Below, piece by piece: positions 60,209-64,000 of a DNA stretch of 64,000 bases. The notes beneath the pieces were generated by a model. That model was not told where the DNA came from, ran no database searches, and saw only the letters and a list, made by a program, of their open reading frames with translations. The DNA is from Spirochaetota bacterium (lineage in GTDB: Bacteria > Spirochaetota > UBA12135 > COTS27 > CBDBHE01). Both the position numbers and the translations under genes were made by a program. The stretch spans positions 512,001-576,000 of the forward strand of contig CBDBHE010000007.1 in assembly GCA_965205605.1 (NCBI GenBank), read 5' to 3'. Position 1 is the stretch's first letter; each line of letters begins with the position of its first letter.

Positions 60209-60664
60209 TTAAATATAATAAACATTCTCTTTTGATTTGAGAGACATTGCTTTAAAAGATTGATGAAGCTCTTCCAAGGTTTTACTTTCTAAGAATTCTT
60301 TTAATGGTTTATTGGCTTCATTTAAAAAATGAGCGATGACTTTAGTGGCATTTTTTGATTCTATTTTACTGTTGTTTTTTTCTTTAATAAAAGCCCAATC
60401 AATAGGGCCATCGATGAGCTCGATCATTTCTTTTAAAGAAATTTCTTTTGCATTTTTTTTAAGGAAATAACCCCCATTAGGTCCTTTTTTACTATCGATA
60501 TAGCCTGCTTTTTTAAGATCGAGTAAAATATTTTGTAAAAATTTCATGGGAATGTTTTGTTTGATAACTGTTTTTTTAATTTGAATAGGGTTTTGTTTAT
60601 TTTCATTAGAATAAAAATCTAATAAACACTTAATGGCATAGTAACATTTTTGAGAAAGTTTCAT
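60209..60664 (-). CDS. Rrf2 family regulator (CymR-like, no Fe-S Cys triad)
   Basis: YAIKCL, IPMKFLQNIL..LKKAG.I.SKKGPNGGYFL, IELIDGP. Confidence 0.92.
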   Translation of the reverse strand: MKLSQKCYYAIKCLLDFYSNENKQNPIQIKKTVIKQNIPMKFLQNILLDLKKAGYIDSKKGPNGGYFLKKNAKEISLKEMIELIDGPIDWAFIKEKNNSKIESKNATKVIAHFLNEANKPLKEFLESKTLEELHQSFKAMSLKSKENVYYI

Positions 60665-60680
60665 TTTATAGTCAATATTT

Positions 60681-60697
60681 TCTACTTGTATTGTAGA
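60681..60697. promoter_or_regulatory. Palindrome upstream of the Rrf2 gene, candidate operator
   Basis: TCTAC-N7-GTAGA, 17 bp from the start codon. Confidence 0.4.
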
Positions 60698-60795
60698 TTT
60701 ATTTATTTATTTTTACAATGATATTTTTTTATGAGACAAAGATAGGTTTTGAATTTTTAAAAAGAAATATTATAATGGCACTTTAAAGCAAAAAA

Positions 60796-60869
60796 GCGCC
60801 AATAGCTCAGCTGGATAGAGCAACTGCCTTCTAAGCAGTAGGTCGGAGGTTCGAATCCCCCTTGGCGTG
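60796..60869 (+). tRNA. tRNA-Arg(TCT)
   Basis: GCGCCAA/TTGGCGT acceptor; ACTGC-CTTCTAA-GCAGT; GTTCGAATC. Confidence 0.96.
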
Positions 60870-60923
60870 ATTTTTTTTATTTAATTTTAATAATAGATAA
60901 AAAAATAATTTATAAAAGAAGAT

Positions 60924-60996
60924 GGCGAGTGTAGTTCAGTGGTAGAGCGCCAGATTGTGGTTCTGGTTGTCGTGGGTTCGAATCCCATCACTCGCC
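60924..60996 (+). tRNA. tRNA-His(GTG)
   Basis: G-1, GCGAGTG/CACTCGC-C; CCAGA-TTGTGGT-TCTGG. Confidence 0.96.
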
Positions 60997-61011
60997 TTTT
61001 AATTTTTTTTA

Positions 61012-61085
61012 GCGGCTGTAGCTCAGTCGGATAGAGCATCTGACTTCGGATCAGAGGGTCGTGGGTTCGAATCCTTCCAGCCGCG
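61012..61085 (+). tRNA. tRNA-Arg(TCG)
   Basis: GCGGCTG/CAGCCGC; TCTGA-CTTCGGA-TCAGA; T-stem has one mismatch. Confidence 0.93.
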
Positions 61086-61244
61086 TTTGTTTTTTTTTAA
61101 TTTGTTCAAATAAAATTAAAAAACTATATTTTATTTAAATCTGATTTTGATTTTTCTTATTTTAAAATCATTTGTTATGTTTCAACTAGATAATAAGAAA
61201 ATAATAATATCTTCTCTTAGAAGATTCAAAGATTCAAAAATAAT

Positions 61245-61785
61245 TTGAGAATTATTGGAAACCACACGGTATTTCAAGCGTGTTTGTTATTCTTTCCCCA
61301 ACATTGCTCTTTTAAGGGTCTAGTTGCTTTTGGTAATGAAATGGCTCTTCTTCCTGTAGCCAAGCCTTTGCATGCCACTTATTTCTACAATTTCGTTCAA
61401 AGGCTCCTATTTGTTTCCATTAAAAATGCTCTGAGTTCGCATCCAAACTTAGTCGAGTGGCACCATTACTTGCAAGCTACTTTGGAAGCAATCTTTTTCG
61501 TGGCTTAAAAAGCCAAAATTTATTGTAAAATTTTTAGTAAAACAAAACAAAGTTTCTGCTAATCAGTTTCACAATACCTTTTTCACAAAAATTCGATATA
61601 TTCATGATACTAAATTTTCGAGTTACATCAGCAAGCACTACAATTCTCTTAAAAAATCGCAACTTTTAGATTTAAAAAAACAATACAATATTCGCTATTA
61701 TGTTGTGCATAAAAGTCGTCCTCCACTGTCTTTAAAGCTTGTTTTCATTTGGAAAAAAGAATATTACAACGTTTATCAATTGTAA
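61245..61785 (+). pseudogene. Broken C-terminal remnant of a membrane-associated protein gene
   Basis: QRLLFVSIKN...LVEWHHYLQ*, then in another frame YNSLKKSQLLDLKKQYNIRYYVV...LKLVF.WKKEYYNVYQL*; this pattern is typical of C-termini of GT-C/DUF6798-associated membrane proteins. Confidence 0.5.
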
Positions 61786-61852
61786 AAGAATATTTTTAAT
61801 GGTAACTATATATCTTGTTCTAACAAAAAAAAAATAAAAGGAGTGTTTTTTT

Positions 61853-62953
61853 ATGGAGATAAAAAATTTAAAGAATAAAATAAGCTTTTTAAGTCTAATG
61901 AGTTTATTTTTTTTAGGATTAATGGCTCTTCCATTGAGAGCTGAAGGAGCTGAAATAAAACCCTTTTCTAAGATTTACTTTGATTATCACGTTGACAAGA
62001 CTGAAAATGATGAAAAGCCACTTTCTCAATTTGAAGTGGAAAGAGTTTATTTTGGGATTAAAGGAAATGTGGATACTGATATAGGTAAAGTTAGTTATAA
62101 CTCTACATTTGATGTACAACAAGGGGTTGATTTAAAACAAAATAAGAGGTCTGCTTTTTGGGTGTCTTACTTGAAGATAGCTTACTTTAAGTGGAATTTT
62201 TTTAATATTACCACGGATAATTTATTATCAGCTGATGTGACCTTTGGACTTCAAAGTGCTCAGCTTTTTGGGTTTACAGAGTCTCTTTGGGGATATCGCC
62301 ATGTGGCAAAAGTTTTTACAGACCATACCGGTTTTTATACAGCTGCAGATGCGGGCATTAATGTAGCAGCTAAAGCTTTTAATGATTTACTTGCGGTGAA
62401 TGTTTTTCATTTTAATGGAGATGGGTACAATAAAATTCAAAACCCAAGTACTCGAAACTACGGAGCTAATGTGACCCTTAATTTAAAAGAGATCTTTTTA
62501 CCTTTTTATTTTTACGGGGCTTATCATTATAATTCGCATGCATTTAATGTCGATAAAACAACTTATTTAACCGCCTTAGCGTATAAGAATGAACTTTTTA
62601 GAGGTTATATCGAATATAGCCAGCAAAATAACTATGCGTATGAAGATGGAGATATTGCAAGAGGGCTCATGTTGGGAGCTAATTATCATTTAACTTCTTT
62701 TTTAGATCTTTTTTTTCGTTTTGATATAGACCTTTCTGATAAAGATGAAGATAATAACACAGTTGTCGCTAATGCAGATGAGCAACATATTTATTTAGGA
62801 GTTGCTTTAACACCGATTAAATCTTTTCAAGTGGTTTTAACGTATCATAGTTTAACGCATCATCCTGAGTTTAGAGAAGCTTATGGTTTGCTTGGTGATG
62901 GTGATTATTTTTTAGAGCATTCGATGCTTTTTGATTTTCAATTTACTTTTTAA
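61853..62953 (+). CDS. Outer-membrane beta-barrel (porin-like)
   Basis: Signal peptide; FEVERVYFG, YLKIAYFKW, WGYRHVAK, terminal FQFTF. Confidence 0.8.
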   Translation: MEIKNLKNKISFLSLMSLFFLGLMALPLRAEGAEIKPFSKIYFDYHVDKTENDEKPLSQFEVERVYFGIKGNVDTDIGKVSYNSTFDVQQGVDLKQNKRSAFWVSYLKIAYFKWNFFNITTDNLLSADVTFGLQSAQLFGFTESLWGYRHVAKVFTDHTGFYTAADAGINVAAKAFNDLLAVNVFHFNGDGYNKIQNPSTRNYGANVTLNLKEIFLPFYFYGAYHYNSHAFNVDKTTYLTALAYKNELFRGYIEYSQQNNYAYEDGDIARGLMLGANYHLTSFLDLFFRFDIDLSDKDEDNNTVVANADEQHIYLGVALTPIKSFQVVLTYHSLTHHPEFREAYGLLGDGDYFLEHSMLFDFQFTF

Positions 62954-63093
62954 GTTAATTAAAAACTTTTTTTTTAGTGAGTTTTGCTTTATTGATCGAT
63001 TTTATCAATAAAGCAAAATTTTTTTTTAAATTTAATCATTTTAATTTTTAAGAAAATAGCCTTATACTTTTGTAATAAGGAGGAGGTTGTGAG

Positions 63094-63501
63094 ATGTCTA
63101 AAAGAAAAATTATAAAAAGTGATGAGGAATGGAAACGTATTTTGAGCGAAGAAGAGTTTGTAGTTTGTCGCCAGAAGGGGACAGAAAGAGCGTTTAAAGG
63201 GAAGTATTATAAATATCAAAAAGAGGGGGTGTATGCTTGTGTTTGTTGTGGGGAGTCTCTTTTTGACTCAGAAGATCAGTATAATTCGGGGAGTGGTTGG
63301 CCTAGTTTTTATAAACCACTTAATGATGAGGTGCTTGATGAGCGAGAAGATGGAAGTTTAGGGGTGATGAGAACAGAAGTGGTTTGTTGCTGTTGTGGGG
63401 CACACTTGGGACATGTCTTTGATGATGGTAACTTACCGATGGGTAGTAGACGGTATTGTATTAATTCTATTTGTTTGAATTTTAAGGAAAAATTAGACTG
63501 A
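63094..63501 (+). CDS. msrB: Peptide-methionine (R)-S-oxide reductase
   Basis: GTERAF, SGSGWPSF, AHLGHVFDDG, RYCINS. Confidence 0.97.
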   Translation: MSKRKIIKSDEEWKRILSEEEFVVCRQKGTERAFKGKYYKYQKEGVYACVCCGESLFDSEDQYNSGSGWPSFYKPLNDEVLDEREDGSLGVMRTEVVCCCCGAHLGHVFDDGNLPMGSRRYCINSICLNFKEKLD

Positions 63502-63517
63502 TTTTTTTTAAAGCGAT

Positions 63518-63691
63518 TTAAAAAACGACTCTCAAAACAAAAAGAAGCAACATTATGGGACCTGCAATAATTAATACACGAGCCCACTTACTGTAAAAGA
63601 CTTCGTACTCTGGTTTTTTTGACCAATTAATAACACGAAATCCGGTTAAGGTCATTGAAAGTCCGGCGATAAAAAGAAGGAAGCTTAACAT
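63518..63691 (-). CDS. 57-aa two-TM membrane protein, not in the ORF track
   Basis: MLSFLLFIAGLSMTLTGFRVI...KWARVLIIAGPIMLLLFVLRVVF. Confidence 0.6.
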   Translation of the reverse strand: MLSFLLFIAGLSMTLTGFRVINWSKKPEYEVFYSKWARVLIIAGPIMLLLFVLRVVF

Positions 63692-63773
63692 TTTTCTATA
63701 GTGACATATTAGTTTTTATTTAATTAAAAAGCAAGATTTTAATTAAATAAAAAAATTTTTATTTAAAAAAAAA

Positions 63774-64000
63774 TTAAAGTGACTTTTTGAAAATAGGTTT
63801 GATGACAAGATCATCAGTGAGTTTAATTTGTAATTTTTTTTGATTTATCTTTTTACCATTAACAAGCCAATAATCAAGTTGATTTTCTCTTACTCCTTGT
63901 ATTTCAATCGCGAATAAATTATTTTTAAAATAAAATCCAGTATATTGGGTATAGTTTTTTACATGATCGATTTTATATTTTACGTTAAAGGGAGCTTGTT
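63774..64000 (-). CDS. C-terminus of a gene starting outside the window (CotH-kinase-like tail)
   Basis: Open frame ...YTGFYFKN..IEI...DYWLVNGKKI...LTDDLVIKPIF*. Confidence 0.55.
   Translation of the reverse strand, partial: QAPFNVKYKIDHVKNYTQYTGFYFKNNLFAIEIQGVRENQLDYWLVNGKKINQKKLQIKLTDDLVIKPIFKKSL

Noticed and set aside
1363-63587. Numerous short ORFs antisense to or nested in long genes (e.g. 1363-1548, 11242-11571, 21305-21670, 40951-41259, 48991-49284, 63309-63587)
   Set aside because: Shadow ORFs of well-supported genes with no motifs of their own

Overview
Very AT-rich bacterial chromosomal segment. It is probably Spirochaetota (inference from the rsmI-flgM-FeADH-LamG, rnhB/HD-GYP/yraN and carD-PIN/TRAM-ispD neighbourhoods, a separately promoted 5S rRNA and tRNA-Arg(UCG)). 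It holds the 3' end of 23S rRNA, an adenylate/guanylate cyclase gene between 23S and 5S, many housekeeping genes (cimA, uvrC, smpB, rho, rnhB, ispD, carD, kdsA, menA, ilvD, murB, nadD, fused IOR, msrB), a TRAP transporter whose DctM carries a C-terminal FN3 domain, a tandem two-domain MinD/FlhG-like ATPase and four tRNAs. The main signal absent from the ORF track is a remodelled thiamine pathway. The native TPP riboswitch-thiM-thiD salvage unit has a decayed riboswitch and a thiM pseudogene split by an inserted dehydrogenase gene. A Bacteroidota-like thi operon sits inside the Rrf2-moeB-cysH-cysD-cysNC sulfate cluster; there thiC and thiD are reduced to remnants and the operon is split into two divergent arms. 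A roughly 200-bp element is duplicated upstream of cysD and between thiE and thiS, with a 44-bp identical core and inverted arms. Other decayed remnants include a BcgI-like restriction-modification gene next to tRNA-Leu. All family calls come from motif recognition by eye; no searches were run.
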